From Salpingoeca rosetta (taxonomy: Eukaryota; Protista; Choanoflagellata), in the NCBI GenBank assembly GCA_033442325.1, contig JAWQFM010000002.1, forward strand, positions 1,752,795 through 1,816,794: DNA of 64,000 nucleotides. The letters run 5' to 3'. Each line of letters begins with the position of its first letter. Within the stretch, counting starts at the first letter, position 1. The notes beneath the pieces are model-generated. The model was not told the origin of the DNA. It saw nothing but the letters and a program-made list of their open reading frames with translations, and made no database searches. The translations under genes were made by a program, and so were the position numbers. Shown here piece after piece: positions 1-43,493 of this stretch.

Positions 1-1
1 T

Positions 2-565
2 GAGAAGCGGGATGAAAGCAGCGGCGTGCTGCAGACGGTGGCCATGGAGCAGAAGAGCCAGCTGCTGGTGGACTCCAACCCAGAGGTGACAAAGCAGATG
101 GTGTCCACGAGCGCCGTGCACCGCATGAACGACCCCAACGACCTGGTCACGCTCGCCCAATACGTGCAGACCGCAGACGACTTCACAAAGGCCACGGTGG
201 GCGGGAAGCTGGAGCTCATCGCAGACCAGATTAAGGCATTGCAGGACCAGGCGCGGCAGGTGCTCGAGTCTGCAAAACGCGACGTCGAGCTGAACCACGC
301 CAAGTGCAACTTCCGCCGCATCCCAGGCAAGGTGTACCACCTCTTCCGCAAGGAGAGCGACGGCTCTACATACTTCTCCATGCTGTCCCCCGAGGAGTGG
401 GGCGACCGCGCCACAGACACATTCATCGACTCGTATCGCCTGGAGTACGACATGAGCTGGACCCCGCTCTCCAAGATCCAGGAGCGCGACGAGCGTCGCC
501 GACTGGACGCACAGCTCCTCGGTGTCGACCGTGAGCAGGCAAAGCAGCTCTCCCTCGAGTGCTAG
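2..565 (+). CDS. DUF2452 family protein (C1orf50 homologue), possibly 5'-partial
   Basis: Motifs KLELIADQIKALQDQA, LNHAKCNFRRIPGKVYHLF, YFSMLSPEEWG and SYRLEYDMSWTP match C1orf50/DUF2452. The frame is open to the window edge; first in-frame ATG at 44; TAG at 563-565. Confidence 0.85.
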   Translation, partial: EKRDESSGVLQTVAMEQKSQLLVDSNPEVTKQMVSTSAVHRMNDPNDLVTLAQYVQTADDFTKATVGGKLELIADQIKALQDQARQVLESAKRDVELNHAKCNFRRIPGKVYHLFRKESDGSTYFSMLSPEEWGDRATDTFIDSYRLEYDMSWTPLSKIQERDERRRLDAQLLGVDREQAKQLSLEC

Positions 566-1349
566 CCAATGTGTATGTGTGCTTGTGTGTGCTTGTGTGT
601 GCTTGTGTGCTTGTGTGTGTGTGCCCGTGTGTGTGCTTGTGTGCACGTGTGTGCACGTGTGTGTGTGCACGTGTGTGTGTGTGTGCACGTGTGTGCACGC
701 GTGTGCACGTGTACTCGTGTTTGTGTGCACGTGTGTATGTACTTGTGTATGTATGTCTTCACGCGTATGTACGTGTGTGTATGTGTGTGTTCTTGTTTGT
801 GTACTTGTGTGCTTGTGTCCGTATGTGCTCGTCTCCCCTTCTCCTTTACACGGGTACGCCTTGCTTGTGAGTGTGGATAGGCAGCTTAGTAGTACGTGAC
901 GTGATTGATGGCGTGCTTGTGATGTGTAGTTGTTTGCTGGCTCACGCGCCAGTTGCAGTTTGGCTCTTTTTGTTTCAGTGTGCGTCCTTGGTTCACATTC
1001 ACGTCAGTTTGGTTCGTTCAGTCTCAGATACATATAAACAACCCCGTCACCATGTCATCACAACCGCACCACCACCACCACCACGACCATGAGTGTGACG
1101 GCTATGGACAAGCGAGCTAGAGCAGAGGCAGCCAAATGCGCACACGCACACACGCACATAGACACAGGCGCACAGACAGACAGACACACACACACAGACA
1201 GACGCACAGACACACAGACGCACAGACACACAGACAGACGGACACAGACAGACGCACAGACACACAGACGCACAGACACACAGACGCACAGACAGACGGA
1301 CACACACACACACACACACACACAGACGCACACACACACGCACACAACA

Positions 1350-1896
1350 TCAAGAGGAGCTTGTGTGGGTGTCGGTGGTGGTGAGGCCGAGAATCTTCAA
1401 GCATGTGTCTGCGTACTCCCTAAAGATGGCGACGTTGGCCATGGCCTTCTGTACTTCCCGCGCAGGCGCCCGTGCGGTGCTCACGCGCTTCAGGGTGGCC
1501 TGCAGGTGCGGGTTGGCCAGCTGTGCTCGCACCTCCTTGGTGGCAGACAGAAGGTCCAACAGCTGCCCCGGCACCTGGTCATCCTCGGTGATGGTCGGTG
1601 CTTGCTCGCCACGTTCCCCGCCAGCGTTTGCCACTGCACCTGGCTCGGTGCTGGGCGCAGGCTCGCAAGGCACCTGCTTGTGCTGCTTGTAGCACTTGAG
1701 AGAGCAGTAGCGCAGTTCACACCGTGGGCACTTGTACTTTGGATTCTCCTCCGTGCACACGCCGCACAGCCGTGCCTGCTGCTGGTGTGGTTGCTTACTG
1801 TGTTGCGGCTGTCTCTGTTGTGGCAGTTGTTGTTGTTGCTTCTGCTGCTGTTGCGGTCGTTGGTGAGGTGTTGTGGGCTTGGCGCTTGTCGATCGC

Positions 1897-1966
<70 letters not shown>

Positions 1967-2900
1967 GCTGCTGCTGCTGCAGCTGTTGTTGTTGTTGTTG
2001 TTGTTGCTGCTGCTGTTGTTGCTGCTGTGGCGTGGATGTGCCATGTGCACTTGCGAGCCGCTTGTTGACGCAGTCTGTCTTGATCGTGTCGACAACTGCC
2101 TCTGTGGTCTCCTCTTTCATTTTGGCTTGGTCGTCCTGTGATTGCTGGTCCACACCCACTTGCCTGTGGCTGGATTGCCGCGCACGCTTGGTCGCGGGTT
2201 CCTCATCGTAGCACTGCTGCCGTACCTGTTGTTGCAGCTGTTGTTGTTGTTGTTGCTGTTTCTGCTGTTTCTGCTCACCCTTTGCCTCCACGTCTTGTGC
2301 TTGCTCTTGGTCTTGTGCTTGCCCTTGCGCCTGATCTTCCGGCCCTTGAGCTTGTCCCTGATCTTGTGGCTTCTTGTCCTTGCGCGCGGGATGGTCGTGG
2401 TGCTTGGCGCTGCCCGTGATGGCTGGGTTGAGCGTGAGCGATGACGACTGCCACGGCTGCACCACGTGCTCTGCATCATCGCCACCACCTTGATTTCTCC
2501 TGTGGAAGCGGCCTCCTCCCCTTCCGCCCCTTCCCCTGCCTCTTCCGCGATGTCCACGCCCCCTGTATCCACCTCTACGTCCTCCACGCTGCCCTCTTCC
2601 TCCCCTGCCCCTGCCCCTGCCCCTGCCTCTGCCTCTGCCTCTCCCTCTGCCTCTCCCACCACGTTGCTGCTGCCGTGGCGAGCACGTTGCGCTGGCGGCT
2701 TCCATATCTTCGTGTGTCGCCTGTCGCACGTATTTTGAGAAGGAAAACGAGAGGAAGGACACAAGACCGCCAACAACGCACAGATACCCAGCAGCGCACA
2801 CCCACGCAACGCACATCGTCGCTTCAGACTGCTGGCCATCTTGCGGGATGGGCGTTGGTGTATCGCTTGGGCGCAATGCTTTCCCAGCACGAGACGCCAT
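1350..2900 (-). CDS. ZNHIT3: HIT zinc-finger protein ZNHIT3/Hit1-like (box C/D snoRNP assembly) with RG-rich and poly-Q N-terminal extension
   Basis: zf-HIT CGVC..NPKYKCPRCELRYCSLKCYKQHK..C, plus a Hit1-type C-terminal region (VPGQLLDLL..LANPHLQ..FREYADTCLKIL). Continuous ORF. Start uncertain (ATG at 2900 or 2705). Confidence 0.8.
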
Positions 2901-3064
2901 CGCGTTGCTTTGCAGCGAGGAGAAGGTGCCGTGTGAATGCCAGTGTGTTGTGCGTGTGCGTGTGTGTGTGTGTGCTTCAAGTGTGTTGAGTTGAACATGA
3001 AACTGACATGAATATGCTTGAGATGGACGATGCCCCTCCCAACACGCATACACACCCACACACG

Positions 3065-3106
<42 letters not shown>

Positions 3107-3310
3107 TACGCACACACACACACACACACACACGCATATGCACACACACGCATACGCACACACACGCATACGCACACACACACTCACTCATTCACACACT
3201 CTCTCACACACTCTCACACTAACTCACTCTCTTTCTGTCTCTTTACACACTCTCCCTCGCTTCGCATACGCACCAACATCCCTTTGTGTAGGTCTCACGC
3301 GACAAAGAGG

Positions 3311-8933
<5,623 letters not shown>

Positions 8934-8939
8934 CACCAG

Positions 8940-9051
<112 letters not shown>

Positions 9052-9660
9052 GAATTATCGTGTCTCTCCTGGCTCTGTTTATCTCCCTCAAGCAACCCCC
9101 TTTCCCCCAAATCAGCCCTCGCGCACATGTCGTCGTCGTCGCTCGGCCATTCGTTTGTATTTGTGATAGGATTGGTTGTTTCTTGAAATGCACGGCGTAT
9201 ATGTGTACAGAAAGACGAACACGAAATGCATAACCACAACATCAATACAGCAATCGGTTTGAGATGGGTAGCCGCCACTCCGTGCACACCCGTGATGACG
9301 ACGATGGTGGTGGTGGTGGTGGGGTCAGAAAGAAAAAGCACAAATGCACAACAACAACACCAGGAATCAAATAAATGACGCACATGTGCTTCAAATACAT
9401 ATGCACACGTGCGTGTGGTGTGGTGTCCAACATTCAGACACCAACGCACAACAAAGAATAATTCAACAGTACGAAAGAAAAAAATTGCACCGAAAAGGAA
9501 CACACAACAAGAAGATTGAACAGATGTAAGGAAAGACTTGAGGTAACGATCAGCACAAGACACAACCCATGCACATACACACCCATCACCGCACACAAAA
9601 CAAACACATTATCTCCCCTTCATCCACGCACATGCACCATCACCCTCTTTCCGCGTTCCT

Positions 9661-14904
<5,244 letters not shown>

Positions 14905-15208
14905 GGCGTCAGTGACCGTTCCCTTTTGCACTGCTCGCCTCCTCCGCTGTGGTGCCAGACACAACAATCAAACCAAAACAACAACAACAACACCCTCAGC
15001 AAGCGATGACGAAGTCAGTTGTGCCCGCCTTGTTGCCTTGCTTTTGCTTGTAACGCCTTCTTGCTGTCCTCTCACTCGCGCACACAACAAGCAAGGTTGT
15101 AGAAAGTTGTTGAAAATACACGCAATTTTCTACCCACACCAACAAGCCAACAAGGTCACATCACAAAGCACACACCGTCAGCCATCACACACAAGCAACA
15201 GCGCGAAG

Positions 15209-17632
15209 ATGAGCAAGTCCGTGACGGAGACCAGCAATGAGCTGACGGATGGGCTGGACATGGCAAGCCCGGAGCAGATTGTGCGCTTGCTGCGTCAGGC
15301 TGATGCGCAGATGTTCAGTGGGTGGCGCGAATTCCCAGGCATCAATGACACCTCCACTATCGACACCATGGCGGAGCTTGCTGAGGTCGCTTCCACCATC
15401 CTTGCCGCCTCACCGCACACCAAGCCCGCGCGGCGGACAGCAGCCAAGGGGCAGGGCTTCAAGCTGTCGGCGTCTGCAAACACCTCTGCCAAGGCCACGT
15501 CCCCGATGACGTGCGTGCACTCGCCGACTCTTGCTGCGTCCGTGTACGCGACATCAAGGGTCGTCATCACTGGCAGCGGCACGTCTGGTCGCATGGCCTT
15601 CTTCATCTGCCGCGCCTTCAATGAGATGATGCTGCGGTCCGGCCGCGCCCCTTGCTTTGAGTACCTGCATGCAGGAGAAGATCCGGCCCTGTTCGTGTCG
15701 CGGGAGGCTCCCGAGGACAACTGGCAGCTGGCGCAGCGCCGCCTGGCAGAGGTCATGTCCCGCTCCGAGCGCATCATGCTCGTCGGCATCACGTGCGGCC
15801 TCTCGGCCCCGTTTGTCGCCAGCCAGCTCGAGTATGCCATGGGCTTCCTCAACTCCAAGGTGCACGCCGTGGCCCTGCTCGGATTCAACCCCGTGGAGCG
15901 CGCACGCAACGCGCCCGTCGAGGGCTGGCACCGCACGGTCGCCGACGTCGTGCAGGAGATGGCACGGCGCAGGGCGGAGGGCGAGCCCTGCTTCATCCTC
16001 AACCCCGTCGTTGGACCAGAGGCCGTCACAGGGTCCACGCGCATGAAGGGCGGTTCGGCCACCAAGTTCCTGCTGGAGATTGTGTTTGAGCGGGCGTTTG
16101 TGGCCATGGCTGCCAACGTGGCGACACCTGGCCCGTCCACGCCGTCAACACCGGAAACCCGGCGCCGTGGCAGCCGCGACTGCAGGGCGGATCGGCGCAC
16201 GCACTCGCCATCGCCAGCCCGCGCAACAAGCGGCGCAGTCTCGTCATCATCACAGGAGACCGCTACCGTGGACTCGGCCACCGCAGCAACGACGACGCCG
16301 ACGACAGTACCAGCCGAGCCAGCAGCCACGGCAGCCACTGCACCAACGGCAGCCACGGCAGAACAAGGGTCCTCCAACAACCATCACACCCTGCAGAGCA
16401 TCCTGTTCCCGTTCCTGCGTCGCCACCACCAGCAGCACCATCACCGCCACCACCAGCGCCACCATCACCGCCGCACTGGCAGCGCCACATCGTCACCCGA
16501 CAGCCAACAGCAGCAGCAGCAGCAGTCGCAGCTGTGCGAGGGCGGGTGTCTTGGACGCGCCAGCATCAGCGCTCTCCTGATGAACTATGAGGCAGCGGTG
16601 CGCGCCACGTATCTTTCGCTTGTCGATATTGCCACTGTTGTTGCCATGGGAGCTGAGGCCCTGAGCAAGGGCGGGCACATCTACTACCTCGGCCGCAACT
16701 CATATGGCCTTGCCGCCGTGATTGACGCGAGCGAGTGCCAGCCCACGTACAATGCGCGCTTCGAGGATGTGCGTGCGTTCCTGTGTGGCGGGTATGCGAC
16801 GCTGCGCAACGTGCAGGGCGACCTGTCGTCCCACTCGCGTGACTTCCGCCTCGGTTGGTGCCACTTCGGCGAGGACATTGTGCCGACGCTGACTTCACAC
16901 GACCTCGTCGTTGTCGTGGATGGCGCGTACACGTGTGCAGACACGCCGGCGGCGATGGAGGACGAGAAGCTGCTGCCGTCCATCCTGACGGACGTCAAGG
17001 CCAAGGGCGCCGCGCTCGTTGCAGCCGTGGTCGGTGATGTGCAGTGCAAGGCCACCTCCCACCCGGTCTACGCATCATCGTCATCATCATCATCACCATC
17101 ATCATCGTCATCATCGCCTGTGGATGAGGTGTTACAGCAGGAGTTGTCGAGCCCACAGCGTTTTGATTTTGTTCTGCGCGTGGATCTGCAGCACGTGGCG
17201 TTTGATACGCTCCCCATCCCCGTGTTTGCTGAAATTGCGATGAAGCTCGTTCTAAACGCAATTACAACAGGCGCGTTTGTCCTCACGGGCAAAGTCATGA
17301 AGAACCGCATGATCGACCTGCAGGTACTTTCGTTTTGCGTGTGCGTGTGTGTGTGTTTGCGTGTGTGTATGTGTGTGTTTGCGTGTGTATGTGTGTGTGT
17401 GTGTGTTTGCGTGTGTGGGTGGGGGACTGAGCTTTCCTGAAGCAATCTACACCCGGTTCAACTGCGACCGTCTGTCACTCACGTCTGGTCGATGCCTCGT
17501 GGCGACAGGTGAGCAACAACAAGTTGTTCTTCCGCTCGCTGGGAATCATCCAGGAGTTTTCGGGCGTGAGCGAAACACACGCGCGCACCGCTCTCCTCCG
17601 CTCCATTTACGACTGCACAGACGTCTCAAAGG

Positions 17633-17701
<69 letters not shown>

Positions 17702-17988
17702 GGTACGAATCAATTGTGGCGTCACTGTTCATGGTCTTGTTTGCTCACGGGCGCCAATGTTACCATCGTCCACGTGCGTGTGTGCATGCGTTCATGTGTG
17801 GCCGTCAGGTGTGTGATGCGCCCATCAGCCAGCACATCCGCAGCGCCGTCGCTGCTGCCCAGGCCGCCCATCGCGTCGTCCCAACAGCGGTCGTTCTCGC
17901 GTCCCAGCCCGATCTCTCCCCAGACGCAGCGAGGAAGCTGCTGGCTGCACACCCCATTGTCGCACACGCCCTCAGCGAACTCAACTAG
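15209..17988 (+). CDS. GCKR: Glucokinase regulatory protein-like, double SIS domain (MurQ-related); exons 15209-17323, 17509-17634, 17809-17988
   Basis: VTETSNELT..LD.A....IVRLLRQADAQMF, GSGTSGRMAF, SREAPED, GITCGLSAPFVA, GFNPVERARN, LNPVVGPEAVTGSTRMKGGSATKFLLE, KLVLNAITTGAFVLTGKVMKNRMIDLQ|VSNNKLF all match the GKRP architecture. Confidence 0.9.
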
Positions 17989-18569
17989 GCATGTGAAGCA
18001 CTCTCTGTAGTTTTGTTTGTTTGTGTCTGTGTCTGTGTGTGTGTGTCTGTGTGTGTGTGTGTGTCTGTATTCGTGCGCAATTTCCAGAGTGAACCTCTTT
18101 TTCTCCTTGCGCGTGTCTGTATGTCTCTCTGTGCGCATGCTTCTCCCTGTGTGTGCTGTGTGATGGATTAGGGCTTTGCATCGAAACTACACTTTGATTG
18201 TCTGCCGACATCGGTTTGCGTTTGTGCACGTGCGGTTTTGGATGTGGGAATGAACAAACATGTCAAACATAGCCAAGACAAGCGATGCACGTATGAACAC
18301 TGTGGGAAGGAAGGAACGAAAGGAGGGGAGCGAATTGTCAGCGTGCAATGCAGCCACAGGATGTTCGATTAAACACACATGAAATGAATGGGGTGGGATT
18401 GAGAGCGGAAACAACGGACCAGTCCGCGCGAAGAAAAGCGAAAGCGCGAGCGAGGAGAGGGGAGGGGGGCAATGCAAGCCAAGAAGGAACGGAACTTACA
18501 GTGCAAGTTTATACACGCACAGGTGCATTGGTTCACAGTTACACAGACACACCTGCAAACAAACACCTA

Positions 18570-24968
<6,399 letters not shown>

Positions 24969-25164
24969 CCTCCACTGCTGCTCACTTGCTTGCTCGCTCG
25001 CTCGTTTTGTTGTCTTGTTCGCTGGCTGTCGTTGGCGACGGCCGCTTCGACTGAATTCAGTCTGTACCTAGCGACAGCATTAAATACAACGGCGGTCGAC
25101 CCGAGCAGCAGCAGCAAACGAACCAAACCACGTGTTTGCACAACCACCTGCCCGCACTGTCATC

Positions 25165-26351
25165 ATGAGCGAGGTGGCCGTCCTCAGTCGAGCTGTGCCC
25201 ACGAGCGATGGCAAGGGCATCAGCATCAATGTGTGGAACCAATCCAACGGTGAGCAGTCGTTGCATTCGGCTGGGTTGTGTCTGTCTGTCTGTGTGAGTG
25301 TGTGTGTCTGTGTGTGTGCATGTGTGCGCACGTGTGTCTGCGTGTGCGTGTGTGTGTGTGTGTGTGCACGCGCGCGTGGATGTGTGTGTCTGTGTGTGTA
25401 TGTGTGCGTATGTGTGTGCGTGCACTGCCGGCTGCATACGCTCTGTGCTACGTGTGCGGGACTCACGCGCGCAAACACGCATACTCGTGGTAGGATCATA
25501 CCTGAAGGTGTTCCTGTCGGGACTGTGCGCGCCACGCACAGTCGTGCCCTTGAAGCAGTTCCTTGTGGCCTCACAAGCTGAGAAAGGTGCAATCATCTTC
25601 TGGAGATGGAATCAGGTAGGGTGGGCAGATGAGGCGTGCGCTGACGCTTCAATTCGCAAGAGCATCACTTATACGCACGCACATGTGCACACACACACAC
25701 ACATGCACGCACACATGCGCCACTCACACAAACATTCACGAACAAATGCACGCACGCATGCATACACTCGCTTGCACGTACAAAACGCAAATGCGCGCAC
25801 TCATACATACACGCGTACATGCACTGATTTACTCTGCCTCCTTGTCATCATGGCTTCGTTACTTGAATAGGACAAGCCTGTGATTAGGATCCCGATGTCC
25901 GAGCGCATCACTGGTCTGGCCTGTACACAAAATGCACAGCTGTGCTTTGGAGGCTCTGCTCAAGGCACCTTGTTCGTCTGGCAGGTGCGCGTAACGGCTG
26001 TGGTTCATGAGAACAACACCGGCACTGTGTAACTCCCTGCGCCAGCTCATACCTGGCCCCTTGCGTCTCTAACCCACATCTGTATTCTGCTGCTCCCGTA
26101 ACACCGTGCTTCCACGTGTTTTCTGCGCTTTTGGCGGGGGGCTAACGTGCTCCTTTCCCCAACCTTGATCACCATGCTCTCGCAGATCACCACGGGAAAG
26201 CTGTTGTGTCGCATCAACGCTGCACATTACAGGGGCATCAGCCAATGCAGCCTGACATCGGATGACTCTCACCTCGTCACTGCAGGCGAGGACGGCATCG
26301 TTCGCGTCTGGTCCGTCGCCAGGTCGGTCCGCACAGAGACAGAGAGAGAGA

Positions 26352-26383
<32 letters not shown>

Positions 26384-27369
26384 GAGTGCGTGTGTGTGTT
26401 TGACGTGCTCGCGCACATGATCTTCTTGACACTCGCCAGAAGATGCAAGCTTGTAAATGTCCATCCGTGCGATCTCACCTCTATGTACCATTCCCATACT
26501 ACACACACCATACACCACACACACACACACACACACTGCACACACCACACACACCTCAAACAACTCGCACGGTAGCCTGGTGAGCGCGGCGCCTGCGAAT
26601 CGAGGGCAGTCGATGCTGGCGCAGACAAAGAAACCGCTGCACACCCTCCACAAACACACGCTCGCCGTCTCCTCCATGTGCATCAGCAAAAGTGCGTGGC
26701 GTGTGTCAAGGCACAGGCCTGCTGATTGATCCTGCACTGCTGCCTCTTGTTCTCGTTCCGTTGAAACTGCAGCATTCTTGTGCCATCCTCCTCACCTGAA
26801 CCACATCTCCACATGTGCCATCAACCTCATTGCCCATCTCTAGCACTTTGCTCACTTGCGCGTGTGTTCACTGGCGGCCATGACCGCGCCTGTCACGTAA
26901 GCGACGCGTGTGGCTGCAAAGTGTCGGGTGCTGCGCGATCTGGCGACTGCTCTTGCCCGAACATAGCTTGCACTTTCCCCACCAAACACATACAAATGCA
27001 CACACGCACACGCGCGCACACATGCACACGCATACACGCGCACACACACACGCACATGCATGCACACGCACACATGCGTGCACGCAAGTGTTAACCTCAC
27101 CATCCCCGTGTTTCTCCCCTTGATCGTGTGCTGCAGATCTGGGAGCTGTCGACTGGGGAGCTGCTCGGATCGCTGACGTTTGAGGACGAGGTGACGTCGC
27201 TCGCCCTCGATCCCGCTGAGACGTTTCTCTACGTCGGTCTCGCAAACGGCGTCATCCACCGTATCTGCCTCCATGACACGGTGAGCTGATGCAAACGCGC
27301 TTATGCTCCTTGTTGTTGGCGGGTTTGCTACAATTTGTTCGTTGTGCCTCCCTTGACGTGTCAACATGC

Positions 27370-27422
<53 letters not shown>

Positions 27423-28053
27423 AGACACAGACACACACAAAACTAACCCCATCCTCCCCCCTCTGTGGGCTCTGTAGAGCATCGAGGCGAGCACGGGTCT
27501 GCTGCTTGCGGAATCGCAACAGAAAGTGGCTGCACACCAAGCTGCCGTCGCATCACTGGCCATCACCCACGATGCAACGGCTCTCGTCAGCTGCGGCGCC
27601 GTGAGTTGCCCATGCATGGTGGTGGCGATGGTGGTCGCGGTGGTGGCGTAAGAGGCAGTGAACCATGGTGTTCAACGGTTGCAACAAGACAGAAACCTGC
27701 ACTGCCGCCCTCACGCACGCACACACGGGCTGACGTGGCTGTGAATTGTGCACCTTTGAATTGCCAGGACGGGATGCTGCGCGTGTGGGACACGGCGTCG
27801 TTTCAGGCAACGCGGACAGTGGCGGGGTCAGGTGAGACGAAAGCTAGATCATGTGTGGGTGCACACGCACGCACGCACGTATGAATTCCTTGCGCATTTC
27901 GTGCCATTTTGTTAGCTCATTCGATTGTGGCTGATTCACACTTCTGTACACCACACGCCACTGAACAGACACGTTCAACAACGTCGTGCTTGTGCCAAAA
28001 CTCGTCCTGGACCAACCGGTATGATCGTGAGGGTGTGTGTGTGTGTGTGTTTG

Positions 28054-28115
<62 letters not shown>

Positions 28116-29144
28116 TGTGTGTGATGGAGTATTGACGGTACTTTGGGCACGTTCGTCGTGCCTCTGTTCAGAGATGAAAGCCCACAATACAGTGAGTGCA
28201 TGTTCACATCTTCACCACACTGTGTGTGTGTGTGTGCTGTGTTTGTGATCATGGCAGGCGCGGCAAGATCCCGTGCGTGTGTTTGGCCGCGAAGTTCGTC
28301 CGTTTATCGAGGTGTGACAGCAGCTCAAACGCCCATTGTAATGCTCATGCATGCGTGCGCATGTGGTCGGCAAGTCATTCCTCATTCCCGCCCCGGCCTC
28401 CGACCCATTGCATGTCTGTCCAACCCATCTGCCTCACCACATCACACCACTTGACACCACTTGATACCACGTCACATTGTGTGCAGGCAACGACGGCGTC
28501 TGAGAAGATGCCAACTGTGCCCGTCGCCCTGCCGGCCAGAATGCAGGTGCAGCGCCCGTGCTGTGGCTCGTGACTTGAGCACTGTTTTTTTGCCCAACGG
28601 CAAAGGTTGTTTGAAACACACACACACACACATGTACGCATGTCTCGTACACTCTTGCTCACACAACCCTCCTCTCCTCCCCCCGCACACACACACACAC
28701 ACGTGTAGACGTCCCGCGATGAGCACATGCATGCGGCGGCGCATCGGCACGTGAACGCAACGGGGCGCGGAAGGACACACGCACACGACAGCAGCGACAA
28801 AGACGTGGAGAACGTCGGTGAGAGTGAGGGCAAGGCTGGCGGGGCCAAGCAGCAAGGTGGCGGGCAAACACAGAAGGCGAAGAAGGGAAAGAAGGGTGGT
28901 CACAAGGGCAAGAGCAACGCTACCAACCAGAGCAAAGGCAATGCTACCACAGACACTGCCAAGGACACCGACACAACCAACACCAGCACCAGCGCGAAAG
29001 AGGCAGCACCAGCGGAACAGACGCAGACGCATGGTGACGGGACACAGTCAAGCAACACAACGAAGCAGGAGGTGAACACGAAGCAACCCCAGAAGAGCAA
29101 AACCACAAGCACTGACGCCATTGCCCGTGCTCGTCAGGTGTGTG

Positions 29145-29211
<67 letters not shown>

Positions 29212-29439
29212 CGTTTCAACGCTTTGCTTCCATCACATACTGGCTGTTCGTCCACTCATGCTCACGACTGATGTGTGAATGTTCAGGCGATTGCGGCGGC
29301 GCGAGCGAACGGCGATGGCGATGAGCAGCAGAGCAAACGCGCCAAGTCTGCCGGCGACACCACAGCAACACCCCCGAGCGCAGGGAAGGGCAAGGGAAAG
29401 CGGCGACGGAAGAAGAACAAGGGCAAGGCAGGGAAGTAG
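25165..29439 (+). CDS. WDR18: WD-repeat protein 18 / Ipi3 (Rix1 complex), multi-exon
   Basis: GGSAQGTLFVWQ|ITTGKLL..AHYRGISQCSLTSDDSHLVTAGEDGIVRVWSV, HTLHKHTLAVSS, RVFTGGHDRAC|IWELSTGELL, LDPAETFLYVG. Lys-rich tail ends at TAG 29437-29439. Confidence 0.85.
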
Positions 29440-29924
29440 TGGGGTGGTGCGTAATGGTTGTGATGATCCCGACTTCACATTGTTCTTCATGTGGTAAGTC
29501 CGTGTTGTTGATTGCATTCATGCCTTTTGTTTGGAAACAGAGCCGTGATTCTATTGTGGCCGAACCAAAACATCCATGCACGAAACCCAATGACAAGACA
29601 CAATGTCTGCGCCGGCCACGAGCGACTGTTGACCAGTGCACAGATTGACAGCATCACCATGGACACGCACACACGCACACACGCACACACACATGCAAAC
29701 AGCCAGCGCAAACACACGAGGAGATGATAACTGTGGGAAAGACCAACGAGTGAACAGGACTTACAAAAGACACATACACGCACGCATGCATGGATAGGTG
29801 AGGAGAACAGGTAGGAAGAGGGAAGGGGAGAACAAAGACAGACACGAGCGAACAGCACTTCAAGCGAACAAACAAGGCACACAACAACAAGGCCGGGGGA
29901 GGTAAGAATGAAACGCTTTTGCGC

Positions 29925-31504
<1,580 letters not shown>

Positions 31505-32117
31505 GGCTGTTGGTTTGTGTGGCTTCCGGAGTTTCTTCGAATTGGACGCTTGCGAGCGATGTGGGGGAATGGGAAGGAAGCTGCTGCAGGATGGGATGCA
31601 TGAAGGAGGCCAGGTAGGCAGGCAGTGTGAGGAAGAGAAGAGGAGACGAGGGTGACATGGAAGGAGGACAGGAAGGTGTGCAAAGCAAAGCAAGCAAGCA
31701 AGCAACAGAGGCGACCCAAACAAACCACACACACACACACACAACAAGAAGGAAGGCGAGCATGGATACAGACACCAGCGGTGGTGGGCGGTTGGCTTCC
31801 AGACCTGTTGTCGTGCTGTTTTGTGTGCGTCTCCTTTTCTCTTTCTTGCCACTCACACAGTCCACACACACACGTCAAGAAGAAGGCAAAAAAAAAATAA
31901 GTGGTGAAAAAATTGGACATTAAATCACCATCATATCCCACATGCGAGTGGTGCGTGCCTTGTGATTTGAGGCTGATTTAATCTACATCGATGTGCGGTG
32001 TTGGCACAGCACAACCACAAGCAAGCCAAGCAACCAGGCAGGCAAGCAACCAGCAAACAAGTACACGCACAGGTTGTCATGTCACATCACACCACACAGG
32101 CACACACACAAACAACG

Positions 32118-43493
<11,376 letters not shown>

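Noticed and set aside
630-790. Cluster of CACGTG palindromes as E-box sites
   Set aside because: They arise within degenerate GT repeats in a 3' region between convergent genes.
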